Below the pieces are notes generated by a model, which worked only from the letters and a program-made list of their open reading frames with translations, was not told where the DNA came from and made no database searches. The translations under genes and the position numbers were made by a program. From NCBI GenBank assembly GCA_028534125.1, contig CM052841.1, positions 67,580,001 to 67,644,000 on the forward strand: a stretch of DNA of 64,000 bases, read 5' to 3'. This DNA is from Lama glama. Taxonomy: Eukaryota. Shown piece after piece: positions 38,940-52,941 of this stretch (the stretch's first letter is position 1; each line of letters opens with the position of its first letter).

Positions 38940-39695
38940 TAAATGGGGTCCCTGACGCGCTCCAGGGGGCACAGACGCTGCCCTTCCCTCGTGTGGTTTT
39001 GCTGTTGCCAGAGACACGGGCCGTGGCCGTCGGAGCAAAGGAAAATGCTCCAGATCATCTCAGAGCCCGCGCCCCCGGGTCTCGGTTTCATGAGGTTTCA
39101 CTCAGTCTGTCCTGTTAAACACCTTCGCTTGCATTGCCCCGGCTCCCACTCGTGGAGCACGTGCTGCCTCACCCTGGCGCTGCTGCCGCGTGGCTTGCAT
39201 TTCATCCTTGGTTTAATGAAGACAGCAAAACATAGCTCTTCAGCTTAACTCTGCGTTTATGAGACGCTCTGGTGACATTTCCGACCCTGTCACCTCTGCA
39301 TCGGTGGCGCCCTGCCCCTCGGGGTGGGAGACATCCCAGCACGACGGGAGCCCCGGGGAGGGCTTGCGGCGTCCCTGGGAGTTAGTGGTCGAGGTGTCTA
39401 ACGTGACACCGTCGCGGCATCCAGTTTGACAAACAGTAAATATTTTCATTGCGGTTTCTACCCCACTTCCCGATCGACAAAAGCCTGTGCAGGGAACGAT
39501 CCAGGCCTCGTGCCTTCCAGCTGTCTTACTACAAAGGAAATCAAGTTAGTATGTGGAAGCGTTCCTCCTTAGGACAGTTACAGGGGCCCCTGGGGAGGAG
39601 ATGATTCTCAGTCTCCAGAAAAATTAATCATGAGGAGCAGCTAACATGCGAGCAGTTACTGGGCCGTCTGACGGATTTTTCGCGTCTTCCCACAG

Positions 39696-39749
39696 GGAGA
39701 GATCGGGGAGCCGGGACAGAAGGGGAGCAAGGGGGACAAAGGCGAACAG
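39696..39749 (+). CDS. COL5A1: COL5A1 exon 44 (54 nt)
   Basis: cacag|GGA...CAG|gtaagg; GEIGEPGQKGSKGDKGEQ. Confidence 0.95.
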
Positions 39750-40756
39750 GTAAGGGCCATTCACGCCGCGTGCAGGGCCACGTGCCGGGCGTGGTGCCCA
39801 CTCAACGCTGACATTAACGACAGTTGTAATATGTCCACATTCACACCCGTAACCGAAGGACACAGGCGCCACACTTTCCTTCCCTGTTGCAGTCTCGTGT
39901 GCGTGCGTGTGTGCACAGGTGTGTGGGGTGCACCTGGATGTACATCATGCATGTCTGTGAGCGGGTCCCTTGTGAACAGCCGAGGAGGAAGCACCCGCAG
40001 GCTTTGTGAAGTGATGCAGCACGTTTGTCCTGGAGGAGTTCCGTTCCACAGGCATCACCACCCTTGGAGGCCGCAGGCTGCAGAATGTTCCGACAGAGGC
40101 AGCCCCCTGACCAAATGCTTCTTAATTTTCCCTTTAAAAAAAGAAATCTGCTCAGAAGTTGAGTGCGTGCTTGCAAAAGCCCCGTCACCTGGCTGCCGGC
40201 TCCTCCCATGGCCGTGGTACAAGGCCTGTGGGCCTTTTCGCTGGCGTGTCTGTCCCAGGCAGGCAGTGACCGTGTCCCTGTGTGGCCTGCCGCCCGGTCC
40301 CAGGCAGGTTCCCCCAACAGAGGTGCGTCCCTCTCTCGGGCGCTGCCTGTGCCGACAGTGACGTGTGTTTGAGGACACACGCTGGTGCAGGCATGGACTT
40401 TGGAGTCAGGCTCTCACTCGGCCACCAACGAGCCACGTGATCCTGGTCCTCTGCGGCCCGTGTCCTGGGCGCGTGGTGGGGGCTGAGATGAGGCATGATG
40501 GCCTCTGGAGGGACGATGGTGTGGCCGCCCCACCACCCCGACAGGGCGATCGCGGTTGAACCAAGAGCCTCGCGCGGTCCAGAGCCTGCAACACAGTGCA
40601 GCTGGCGCTGGGCATTGGCCTGCCCTCCCGGGACAGGAGGCTCGCACGTGGCGCGGCCCTGACGACCTCGGACGCATGGCCCCTGCGCTCGCCGGCCCCT
40701 CTGCCTGGGCCTCAGCTCGGATTCGGGAAGCAACTGTCTCTGTCCTCTTCCCACAG

Positions 40757-40810
40757 GGTCCCCCTGGGCCTACGGGACCTCAAGGCCCCATCGGACAGCC
40801 AGGCCCCTCC
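40757..40810 (+). CDS. COL5A1: COL5A1 exon 45 (54 nt)
   Basis: cacag|GGT...TCC|gtgagt; GPPGPTGPQGPIGQPGPS. Confidence 0.95.
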
Positions 40811-40901
40811 GTGAGTATCCGTGGTTTAGGACCCTCCGAAAGCCCCCACCCCTCCGCTGCCGTGGCCCGGTCCTTACCCACGCTCCGCGATCTCCCTGCA
40901 G

Positions 40902-41009
40902 GGAGCTGACGGCGAGCCAGGTCCTCGCGGCCAGCAGGGCCTTTTTGGGCAGAAAGGTGACGAAGGTCCGAGAGGTTTTCCTGGGCCCCCCGGACCCGTG
41001 GGGCTGCAG
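40902..41009 (+). CDS. COL5A1: COL5A1 exon 46 (108 nt)
   Basis: tgcag|GGA...CAG|gtaaca; [36 protein letters not shown]. Confidence 0.95.
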
Positions 41010-41389
41010 GTAACACAGAGTCTGCATGGTGGCCGGGGCCTCTGGAGCTGCTTCCTGCACCTTTGCTATGCCCTCCCCGCGCCCCCCCCCCGCCCCCTTC
41101 CATCCTGTCTTTCTGAAAACGAGGAAACTCAGGCGAGGCTGCAGGAACTCCCCTTCAGTCAGCAGAGCTGCGAATTCCCGCAGTTCCAGATGTGCCCCCA
41201 TCCACCTCTCTTAGCCAGCGACTGGTTCCCTGCTCACTGCAGACACGTTGGGAGCTACGGATAAATTGTTAGAAAGGAGACAAGAGGGCTTCCCCGAGCA
41301 CGGCAGGAATGACCCCCAAGCGCTGGACACGTACACTCCACACCTCCTAGACACGTCTGCTCACACACACGCACGCGCACATGCGTGGT

Positions 41390-41790
41390 TCTGTTTGGTT
41401 TTTGCAAACTCAGAATCCCGTTGCACGTGTAGACAGTTTGGACGCAGCTCCTCCCGCTTCATTTTACGTTTCACACGGTGTCAGGTGCCACTCAGCGTTC
41501 TCCGAGCTCGTCACCTCTCAGGTGTTCTGCAGACGTGACCCTCCGTCCTGCGTTGCACCCAGCAGGTGGTGGTGCCGCCATCGCTCAGCATCGTCCTGCT
41601 GCTGGCCTGCTGGGGCTTGTTTTATGGGACACGGCGGCCGTCAACGGCTCGCGTGTGAATCTCTGCGCGCTTCCCTGGTCGCGTCCTTGGGTGATTCTGG
41701 GGCTTGGGCTCCCGGGGCCATCCGCATACGCGGCCGTATGTCTAAAAGCACATTCCTGAGGCTTTTGGAGCTCAGCTTGGGGGACAGCGA
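41390..41790 (-). mobile_element. Possible highly diverged L1M fragment
   Basis: Weak resemblance to antisense old L1 3' sequence, strongly GC-shifted. Low certainty. Confidence 0.3.
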
Positions 41791-41854
41791 CAGTCGCGTG
41801 CGTGTCGGGTGGAGCCGCACCGGCCACTGCGTGTCTGATGAACCGTGTTCGCAG

Positions 41855-41908
41855 GGCCTGCCGGGACCCCCAGGAGAGAAGGGCGAGACGGGAGATGTGG
41901 GCCAGATG
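41855..41908 (+). CDS. COL5A1: COL5A1 exon 47 (54 nt)
   Basis: cgcag|GGC...ATG|gtaagt; GLPGPPGEKGETGDVGQM. Confidence 0.95.
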
Positions 41909-42008
41909 GTAAGTGTGAGCAGCTCCTGGGGGCCTGGCCGTGGCGGCTGATGTCTCTTCTGCTCAAAGCCTGCATTTCCTTTGCGCTCAATGGCTGTCCT
42001 TCTCCTAG

Positions 42009-42767
<759 letters not shown>

Positions 42768-43132
42768 TAAGACCGCACGTTCACGCTGTGCGGCCTCCTG
42801 CCCGCGCCCCCCGACCGGCCGCAGGGCGAGCCCAGCTCCTGCCCCCCCACAGCCGGCCCTCCCGCTCCGTCCCTCCTGCCTGCTGACCCGAGGACGCTGT
42901 GCTGCTTTCTGTCCTCGGGAAAGCCAGCTTCGACCCCACGTGCCCCCTCTGTGCGTCCGTCACATGCCTGCGTGTGTCACTGTGCCTCTCCTCCAGTCCT
43001 GGGAGCCGCCGGAGGACGGTGACCACCGTCTCGTCCCCGCCCCAGCCCAGTGTCAGGGACGATTTAGTCAATGCTTGAGGCTGGGACCACCGTTCCCATC
43101 CCTGCCCTAATCACCAAGTGTTTCCCCCTTAG

Positions 43133-43186
43133 GGTGAGCCTGGCGAGGCTGGAGAACCTGGCCTTCCTGGAGAAGGGGGCCCCCCG
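43133..43186 (+). CDS. COL5A1: COL5A1 exon 49 (54 nt)
   Basis: cttag|GGT...CCG|gtgagt; GEPGEAGEPGLPGEGGPP. Confidence 0.95.
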
Positions 43187-43344
43187 GTGAGTGGGCGGCT
43201 TCGGGGGAGGGCGGATGGAACATGGACGGGTGCTGGGGGGCAGCTCCTCCTCTGCCTCAGTTTTCTCCACTCACGGAATGGGAGTCCCGTCTCCTCTTGT
43301 GCCTGCCTCATGGGAGTCCTGCGAAAGAGAGGGAGTGTGGTGAA

Positions 43345-43450
43345 GAGTGAATGTGTGTGTGTGCATACGGGTGTGTAAGTGGGCACGTGTGTGCAGTGTG
43401 TGCGTGCATGTGGGGTAAGTGTGGGTGTGCATGCGCATGTGTGCACAGAT
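43345..43450. repeat. TG-rich low-complexity tract
   Basis: gtgtgtgtgtgcatacgggtgtgt...gtgcatgcgcatgtgtgcac. Confidence 0.8.
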
Positions 43451-43914
43451 ATGACTGATGGGCACCCAGGACCGCTGGCCGTGAGCCGCCCGCTGCCCCT
43501 TCCTCCGTGGTGCTGCAGGCCCTCTCGCAGGCTCCCAGTAGTGTGGGGCCCCTGGGGTCACCCTGACAGTCCAGGCCTGGACCATTCAGACCGCAGGTCA
43601 GGCGACAGAGGCGGCTGGTGGACAGAGTTCTCCTGGGCTTCCCGCTGCCGCCTCCACCTGAGGACCGTGGGGTGGGTTGGCGGCCTGGGTCCCTGCAGCC
43701 CCTCGGGGGCCACGCTGTCCGCTGTCAAGTCAGGAATCAGTCCTTCCCACCTCGAAGCCGAGTCTCGGCCTCAGGTTCCTGGGGAAACAGGGCCCAGCCA
43801 CAGTCAGGGTGCGCCCGCTCCACGTGATGCCGGCGAGGGCACACGCGGGCCAGCTCCTGGCTCTGGCCGGTGCGAGGCCAGCTCTGGTAATGTGGTCCCG
43901 GCCTCTCCCTGCAG

Positions 43915-44022
43915 GGGCCCAAGGGTGAAAGGGGAGAGAAGGGCGAGTCGGGCCCTTCTGGTGCTGCTGGGCCCCCCGGACCCAAGGGCCCTCCCGGAGA
44001 CGATGGTCCCAAAGGCAGCCCC
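43915..44022 (+). CDS. COL5A1: COL5A1 exon 50 (108 nt)
   Basis: tgcag|GGG...CCC|gtgagt; [36 protein letters not shown]. Confidence 0.95.
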
Positions 44023-44539
44023 GTGAGTACCCGCGAGAGGTCGGGCGGCAGCCCCTCCCCCTGGGGCGTCCCGCTCGCGGGCAGCGCGCCAAAGCTTCCC
44101 GGGCGCAGTGTGTCTTGGGGGTAGGGGTTCCCACACCAGCTGCTGAGCCAGAACAGTAGAGGTGGGAAAGGGGAGACGCCTCGGAGGCCGTGTGTGCGGA
44201 GCGGGCCGTTTGCTGGGTGGAACGGGCTCGGTGTGGCCCCCCTCCTGCCCTGGCTTTGCGTCTGGGGCGTCTTTGGAGCCGCACGTGCTAGAAGTTAAAG
44301 GCCCAGGCTCCAGCGTCACCCGGGGTCTCCGGGAGCAGAGGTCTGGGCGAGAGGGCGGCCCCGCCGTGCCCGCTCCCGGGCTCGAGTGGATCAGATGAGA
44401 CGACGATCTGGGCAGGGCTTCCTGGTGCGAAGGCACGAGGTGTCGGCTGGCGGGGCTCCGGGTGTGGAGGCCGGGGCTGGGGTGCTCGCTGCAGACGGGG
44501 TCCTGAGGGCCCCGCCGGGCCTCTCCTCCTCTGTTTCAG

Positions 44540-44593
44540 GGCCCAGTTGGTTTTCCTGGAGATCCCGGTCCCCCCGGAGAGCCTGGCCCTGCG
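44540..44593 (+). CDS. COL5A1: COL5A1 exon 51 (54 nt)
   Basis: ttcag|GGC...GCG|gtaggt; GPVGFPGDPGPPGEPGPA. Confidence 0.95.
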
Positions 44594-44848
44594 GTAGGTG
44601 CTCGAGGCGCAGAGCCCTGGGTGCCCGCGGCCCGCCGCCCTCCCTGTGGGCCCACGTTCTTGGGGCGTGGCTGCTCTCCGCAGTGGCACCCACGCTCTGA
44701 TGATGGGAAGTCAAAATACGCTTCCCGCTTCTGAGCTCCCTGGGAGCCAGGGGTGATTTTCGGGTCGGGACTAGGGATGCACTGGGTATGGGTACCTGAA
44801 CTCAGGTGCTGTCCAGGCGGCAGACAGAACTTGCTTTTGTCCCCACAG

Positions 44849-44902
44849 GGTCAAGACGGTCCCCCAGGTGACAAAGGAGACGACGGGGAACCCGGGCAAA
44901 CG
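44849..44902 (+). CDS. COL5A1: COL5A1 exon 52 (54 nt)
   Basis: cacag|GGT...ACG|gtgagt; GQDGPPGDKGDDGEPGQT. Confidence 0.95.
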
Positions 44903-45696
44903 GTGAGTCTGCCGGTGACCTCTCAGGACCTTAAGGCAGCCTCTTGGGGAGGTGTTGGGTCTTGAGACTTGTTCATTTCTCAGAAAAACCCAAACCCAGT
45001 TGCCTTAGAATAGTGACACTCCAGCCCCACGGAGGCCGTGAGCTCCCTCCGGAGACCGTGGAGAGCTGGGGACCGTCCTCCCAGAAGGGAAGATACAGCC
45101 CCAGTCCCACCAGTGGCTCTGCACCCAGAGCCCTGCGCCCCCCCCAGAACCCCCCAGGAACGTCAGGATCCCGTCTCTGCCTGTCCGGGTCGGACGCCCT
45201 CCCGAAGAGCGCTTTTCTCACCAGCCCTGGCGCCGAGCTCACACTCCTCGTTGCCTCTCACCTGGCGTCGAGGTTTTCAAACCCTGCTTCAAGCTTCAAA
45301 GCTGAGGGACGCCGGCCCTGGGGCCAGGTGCCCTGGAGGGACGCCCACTGTCCCACCACTTCCCGGCTGGGGCGACACCCAACCTCCCCATCCTCGGGGT
45401 CTAGAAGGGGTGCCGGCAGGTGTGGTGGGGAAGTTCTCCCAAATCAGCGGAACTGCAGGTGGAGGCGGGTCCCACACGCAGCCCGAGCGCTGAGGGCAGA
45501 GGTCAGAGCAGGGACTTCCAGGGCCACCTCCACTCCAGACTAGTTCTGCAGAAGGAGAGAGGCAGCTTCGGGGCTGGCCAAGGACGCGTGAGACTGAAAG
45601 CCCCATGCGTTTGCTCCGCCTTGGACCAGCCCACGGCGGCCGCGTCTGAGTCTGACGGGCCCTGCGCCTAATGCTCTGCTCTTCCTCTGGCACCAG

Positions 45697-45750
45697 GGAT
45701 CCCCGGGCCCCACTGGTGAGCCAGGCCCATCTGGGCCACCAGGAAAAAGG
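45697..45750 (+). CDS. COL5A1: COL5A1 exon 53 (54 nt)
   Basis: accag|GGA...AGG|gtaagc; GSPGPTGEPGPSGPPGKR. Confidence 0.95.
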
Positions 45751-46324
45751 GTAAGCGGTTCTGCAAGGCGCCCTGGCCCCTCACCCTCCCGTGTGCGCAT
45801 GCCCCCCACCGCCCCAGTGTGGACCCCGGTGCCCCGTGCGGCCCCGATGAGGAGGTGCTTCTGTGTGAAGCGTGTTCCCCGCTCAGCCTCCTGCCACGTC
45901 CTCCAGGCTCAGGCCTGCCGGGCCGACGCGCCGCTGCTTCTGGGACCGGCCGACGGCTGACACCGTCAGTGAGCCCGTCCCGGGAGGGAAGCACCCACGG
46001 CGCCGGAAAAGCGCCTGCCGCCGGGCCCAGCCTGGGAAAGTCAGAGCAAGCCAGGAGGCCTCCCGCGCGTGGAGTAGTCTGTCCTTTCGCTGGCGCTTGG
46101 GGCGCCCAGGAAGGGAGGCCCCACACTCGGCGGCTGGAGGGGCCCCACCCCCACCTCCTGACGGACCCAGAGGCCTTTTCTGGAGCCGGAGTACCTGGGG
46201 CTCCTTCTAAGGATCTGGGAGGACCCCCACGCCCTCACCCTGCCCCCCGGCTGCCCGCCCCCACCCCACACTCACCCCCTCACTCAGCTTCTGGGAGCCC
46301 ACTTGTCACTCTTGCTCCTTCCAG

Positions 46325-46378
46325 GGTCCCCCCGGCCCCGCGGGCCCCGAAGGCCGGCAGGGAGAGAAAGGAGCCAAG
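46325..46378 (+). CDS. COL5A1: COL5A1 exon 54 (54 nt)
   Basis: tccag|GGT...AAG|gtgagt; GPPGPAGPEGRQGEKGAK. Confidence 0.95.
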
Positions 46379-47148
46379 GTGAGTGCTTTTCGGGCGGTGA
46401 CTATGACCGTGACCATGCATAGACCTTCCAGAGAGCGCCACGGGCACTCTGGCCACACGGGTGCAAGTGGACGTGGTGCAAACGCACAAAGCCGCCGAGG
46501 CGGAGGGGGCTGGCGGGCCCCCCGAGGGAGGCCCACTGTCGCTGCCGACCTGGGCGGGGGGGGGGGTCTGTCCTCTCCGAGGGAGGTGGCCTGGCTGGGC
46601 CCCTGGCTCGGGGGCCTCTGACCCCACAGGCCTGAGTTGGGGGAGGCCAGGGCTGAGCGCTCTCGGGCCTGGTGCTGACCTGCTCAGTCCCCCACTGCCC
46701 CGCCTGTGACGCGGTGACTGTGACAGGGCCCCCCACGGGGCTGAGGACCGGGCGGGTGCGTGTGTGTGGTGTGGTGGGCATGCAGCCCAGCACCCAGAGC
46801 CCTCGCGGCCGTGCTCCCAGGAGGTGCTGGGTGGGCCCCCGGTGGCCCCGCTGCCTCCTCTGGGAGGTGCCCCAGTGTTGACTGAGATGCAGGGGAACTC
46901 GCCCAGCCCCACTGCTGCTCAGGGCAGGTGGCCGTGTGCACCGCGAGCTGTGCGCCGGCCGTAACTGCCGCAGTGGCCGTGGTGGCTGGGAGCCCAGGTG
47001 ACCGAGGACGCTAGTAAGATTGAGGACCGGCCAGCGCAGCCTCTGGAAGGAGCCCTGGGAACGGGGGGCAGCCCTGGATTTCCGGGGCGTCTGGGCTTCT
47101 CTCCAAGGCTGCTCGGGGCTTCTGAGAGGTGGTCCTGGACTGGGGTGA

Positions 47149-47482
<334 letters not shown>

Positions 47483-47575
47483 GTGAGTCACCGGTGCCCC
47501 CGAGGAGCCCCCGGCAGTGGAGGCGGAGGGCAGAACTGGGGATGAGGACTCTGATCCCGCTGCCTCCCCCCGCAG

Positions 47576-47629
47576 GGACCCCCAGGACTCCCCGGCCTCA
47601 AAGGAGATTCTGGACCCAAAGGCGAGAAG
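47576..47629 (+). CDS. COL5A1: COL5A1 exon 57 (54 nt)
   Basis: cgcag|GGA...AAG|gtgaga; GPPGLPGLKGDSGPKGEK. Confidence 0.95.
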
Positions 47630-47968
47630 GTGAGATGGGCCCGGTGCCTCTGCAGTTGGAAATCGGGCCCCTCAGGTACCCGCGGCTCAAACACAGCGAG
47701 GTGCTGCGCATCCCCCACATCTGTCACGAGCTCAGGGCGGGGCCCGAGGGGCCGTGACGCAAGGGAAACAGACCCTCGCTGTTCGGAGACCCGGGCGCTG
47801 CCCTCGGTTGGAGGCCCGAGACGCCCCGTGGACAGGACCTGCCCTGGCTCGCTGAGGTGGCGGCGAGCGACTCGAGGGCTCTAGGCAGGAACGAGCTGCC
47901 GCACCTGCGGGCCCACGTGGTTGGACACGAGCTGCTGTCACTGCAAGTACCCTTTCCTTTCCCCACAG

Positions 47969-48076
47969 GGTCATCCAGGCCTGATCGGACTGATTGGACC
48001 TCCGGGCGAGCAGGGAGAAAAGGGTGACCGTGGGCTCCCCGGCCCTCAGGGCTCCTCTGGCCCGAAGGGAGAACAG
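47969..48076 (+). CDS. COL5A1: COL5A1 exon 58 (108 nt)
   Basis: cacag|GGT...CAG|gtacgt; [36 protein letters not shown]. Confidence 0.95.
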
Positions 48077-49222
48077 GTACGTGGGGCGCTGGCTCTGCGT
48101 CCCAAGACCCGAGGCCCGTTAGAGCCGGAAGGACATCCCCGTGTCCAGATCGGGTTGGAACAGCTGAGGGGACGGGCTTGCCCAGGTGCACGGGGAGCTG
48201 CGGCAGAACCGGAGCCCAGCCTGGACCCTGACTGGTGCTCCTGGCCCTGGTGGCCTCCCCCAGCTCCGTGTAAGGCCCTCTGACCCAGCTGATTGCCCAG
48301 GAGGTCATCGGGGACACTTGGCCACGTTTGCCGAGAACATGCTGGACCGTCACTCCTCCCTGCCCTCACTCCCACCTTGACCCAGGTGTGCACACCTGGC
48401 CCTAGAGTTCCCTGGGAACCCCTGCAGCTAACTGGAACCCGGGGAACCACAGCAAGGAAAACCTTAGGCTGCGAGTCCCGCCCTGCCCGCACCTGGGGTC
48501 CGCTGAGTGGACTCCGTGGCCAGGGAGGGCGGGGTGTGCATGGAGGCAGGAGGGGGGCGTGGCAGGCCAGCCTTTGCCTTCCCCGTGTCAGGGCCAAGGG
48601 GCCTCATTCCAGCATGTGAATCACTGCTTCCCAAGCCAGGTGTGACGGGCCCACACGTGCCCCCGAGCTGTGCCCCCTGCGGCCCAGCCTGACTGAAAGA
48701 GGCCACGCTGGAGGGCGCAGAGCCTGTGAGACGAGGGTGGGGGGAGGTTGTGGAAGGGCGTCCTTAGGAACCCCAGCCTCATCAACCGCGGTCTCCCTGT
48801 GGCCCTGAAAACTGGATCAGAGGCTGCAAACTCCGAGTGTGGGAAAAGCCACCGGGAGGCTGGACAGAAGAGCCAGGACCTCAGGAGCCTCGCTGCCCCC
48901 CTCCTGGGGCTTGCGCTGGTGGGGAGACCCACACCGTGAGCAGAGAGCAGCCCGCGGGGACCAGGCAGGGACGGGGCCTCTGCTTCACACTAGAGTGTTA
49001 GCAGGGCTGCTTCTCGCTCCTTCGCCGCCCTGCGGCCCTGCGGACGCGGGGGATCCTCCCAGGCCGGCCAGGGCAGCAGTGCCGGGGGCTGCTCAGCCTC
49101 ACAGCGGGCGTCCGGGCCCCGAAAGGAGCAGCCCTCGCCTGCGCGGCCCGCGCTGGGGGAGGAGGCCACCCGGCACCGAGGCTGGTCTGCACGCTCACAG
49201 CTGTGCTTTCTGCTCCTTTCAG

Positions 49223-49276
49223 GGCATCACTGGTCCCTCCGGCCCCATCGGCCCCCCGGGCCCCCCTGGCTTGCCG
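49223..49276 (+). CDS. COL5A1: COL5A1 exon 59 (54 nt)
   Basis: ttcag|GGC...CCG|gtgtgt; GITGPSGPIGPPGPPGLP. Confidence 0.94.
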
Positions 49277-50131
49277 GTGTGTATCTGGGAGCGCGGGGCG
49301 GCATCCTGAGTTGTTCCAGGGAGAGCGGGGTTGGGGAGGCGCTTGGTGTGCGGCGGGAGGACGGGAGAGTCGGGCCCTCCCAGGGTTGGGCCTCAGCCGG
49401 GTGGGCCTTGGGGCCCCGGTGACACGCTCATTAACTCACATTCAGGTTCCGCGTGACGGAAGCAAGGAAGTGGGGTCTCTGGTTTCAGGTTGGGGAGGTG
49501 ATGGGGGAGCCTTTATCTCTAGGCACTTCAGGGAGCGTGAGCATCCGTTCTAGGCTTTTGAGGAGTGGCTGCCTCCCCTGCCCTCCCCATCAGCACGAGC
49601 AGGGCCAGGCTGGCCCCGACAGGAGGAGCAGGGGTCAGGTCTTCTAGGCACCCAGCCTGGGGCCTCCCCCATGTACTCCAAAAACATCCCCACAGCCTTG
49701 CCCGAAACCAGTCAACCCACGAGCCCCAGCTGGGCCTGGGCCTGGGTCCACGTGGCCAAGGTGGCCCCAGCTGCTCCGACACTGGCCCCTGCTGTGGGCT
49801 GCCAGGAGAGGGCTGGAGGGGGCTCCGTGCCAGGGCCTCTGAGGCCAGCACGCCCTCGCGGCCCCCTGACACTGGCTGCCTGAGCTGTGATTTCCCTGCT
49901 GGGGAGGGTGGGAGGCTGACCCGGGGTGCACGGGACCCTGCTGGTCTCTGTGTGGGTGAGCGCCAGCTGCCCCCCCACCTCCCCAGTCAGAGCCTGGACC
50001 CCTGGACGGGGGGCGTGGGCACGAGGAGGGGGTGAAGCCAGACCGGGCCTCTGTGGGGCTGTGGGTCACAGGCGGGTGTCTGGAAGTGAAGAGGCCGCCT
50101 GCCATCTGATGCTCTGCCCCTCTCTCTGCAG

Positions 50132-50167
50132 GGCCCTCCTGGTCCAAAAGGTGCTAAGGGCTCCTCG
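50132..50167 (+). CDS. COL5A1: COL5A1 exon 60 (36 nt)
   Basis: tgcag|GGC...TCG|gtgagt; GPPGPKGAKGSS. Confidence 0.95.
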
Positions 50168-50494
50168 GTGAGTGGCGTCTCCCCTGGCCGGCCCAGGCCC
50201 CCCGGGAGAGGGATGTGCACCCCCTCGGAGGAGAGCCCCCCCCGGCTCACGGGGCCCAGCCCTTCCCCCTCCTCTGCCCCAAGCTCGCCTCCAGCCTGAG
50301 CCGGGGAGACTCCCAGCCTCACAGGGAGGGCTCTGCCTCCTCAGCTCGGGGCGTCTGGTCCCTGCACGTGGGACTGGGGAGGGACCCAGCTCGTCAGATG
50401 TGTCCCCCCGCCCTCTCCCCCTGTTTCCGGGCATCGTTCCGCAGCTCGGGGTGGGCACCATGGTCAGGGCCGGTTCTCCTCTCTTCTCCCCTAG

Positions 50495-50548
50495 GGTCCA
50501 ACTGGCCCAAAGGGTGAGGCAGGCCACCCAGGACCCCCCGGCCCGCCG
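50495..50548 (+). CDS. COL5A1: COL5A1 exon 61 (54 nt)
   Basis: cctag|GGT...CCG|gtgagt; [18 protein letters not shown]. Confidence 0.95.
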
Positions 50549-50764
50549 GTGAGTAGCCCTTAAAGACTTGAGAGTGGGGTGGGGGTTCCCCTAATGCCAG
50601 GGGCTCACAGGAGGCATCTGCTTGTGTGGCTCCGCCTGAAGTGCTGTGGAACCTGCGGGTGTGTGGCTGGCAGGGTCTGCCTCTGGGTAGAGCCAGGGAC
50701 ACAAGTCGGCCCAAGCGTCTCCCCCTCGGGGGTCTGGCTGGGGAGGGAGGGGGAGGGGGCACTA

Positions 50765-51125
50765 ACGTGTGTGTATGCACGTGTATTTCTGTGTGCATGT
50801 GTGCGTGCGTGCGTGTATGCACGTGAGCGTATTTTGTGCCTGCGTGTTTGTGTGCATGTGTGAAGTGTGCACACATGTGTATGCATGCATGTGTATGTGT
50901 ATGTATCTGAGCATGTATGTGTGCTTGCTTGTGTGTGTGAATATGTGCATGTGTGCGCACACGTGTGGGTGTGCATGTGGGGGCATGCATGTGTGTGCAT
51001 TGTGTGACACGTGTATCTGTGTATGCACGCATGCACGTGTGTGCATCTGCGGACATAGATGTGCGTGCGTGTGCTGTGCACGTGTGTGCATGTACGTGTG
51101 TTGTGCGTGTGCGTGTGCATGCACT
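50765..51125. repeat. TG-rich alternating purine/pyrimidine tract (about 360 bp)
   Basis: Degenerate (GT)n/(GTGCAT)n array in intron 61. Confidence 0.9.
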
Positions 51126-51424
51126 GTGGGGCAGGGCAGTACTAGACAAGGCCCCAAGGTGCAGGGTGGAGCCCGGGACAAGCAGGGGTGTGCTGAGCGC
51201 TCTGCAGGACACCCAGCTTTGGCAGCGCTGCCTCACCACTCCCATCTCCATCCTCGGCCGGGGCCTCCTGACACAGCCCAAGGAAATGACGTCTCCTCGA
51301 ATCAGCAGGCAGTACTTTGGCCCGCTGTGCGCAGCCCCAGGCTGTGCTGCAGAGGCGGGAGGAGACCCAGGCACTTGGAGTCTGGCTGAGGATAGAGGGC
51401 GAGGACACCAGGCCAAGACCATGA

Positions 51425-52171
<747 letters not shown>

Positions 52172-52828
52172 TAGCCGTGGTCTGGCGGGGAACCTGCCCG
52201 AAGCCGGAGCCCTGTGTCCCCACCTAGAAGATGGGAGTGAGACACGTCCCTATCTGGGGGCGTGCACGGGGGGCGTCAGAGGCCCCGGGCCGGGCCTGGC
52301 CGAGCGCTGGCCGCAGCGGCTGTTGGGGTTAACGCTCGTCCTGGTCCTTGATGTCGTCCTCGGGAGGCACCGTGTAGGCCCCAGAATGTCAACAAAGGCG
52401 ACCTGTCCACCCTCACCACTAGTAACCAAGCACCGCCTGCCGTGGGAAGTAAAGCCACGCTCGCTCGCTGCTTCTCCCCAGGGGGCGAACGTCTCCCCTG
52501 CGAGGTCTGAGGCGTGTCTCTGGTTCCAGTTGACCCTGAGCCCAAGTGCTTGACCCTCCAGGAGTTGGCCCAGATCACCTCTGGGTTCCCGTCCACCCGC
52601 CAGCAGGCCAAGCCCCGCTTCCCGGTTCCCCAGAGCACGTGTCCCCAGGTCCCGCGCCCCGGCTGTGCTCTTGGTGATGAGTCTGTCCCCGCCTGGCTGT
52701 GGGGCCCTGAGACAGGCCCCGGAAAGGTGTGCGCTGTAACTGCTGAGCCGAGACGTCGCAGCCGCTTCCGGAACCACCCGGGGAGCGGCTCTGACGGGCC
52801 CGCCGCCCTCCCTGTCTCTGCCATGCAG

Positions 52829-52941
52829 GGGAGTACTGGGTGGACCCCAACCAAGGCTGCTCCCGGGATTCTTTCAAAGTCTACTGCAACTTCACAGGCG
52901 GGGGGGCCACGTGCATCTTCCCCGACAAGAAGTCCGAGGGG
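52829..52941 (+). CDS. COL5A1: COL5A1 exon 63 (113 nt; C-propeptide)
   Basis: tgcag|GG GAG...GGG|gtgagt; (G)[37 protein letters not shown]. Confidence 0.97.
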
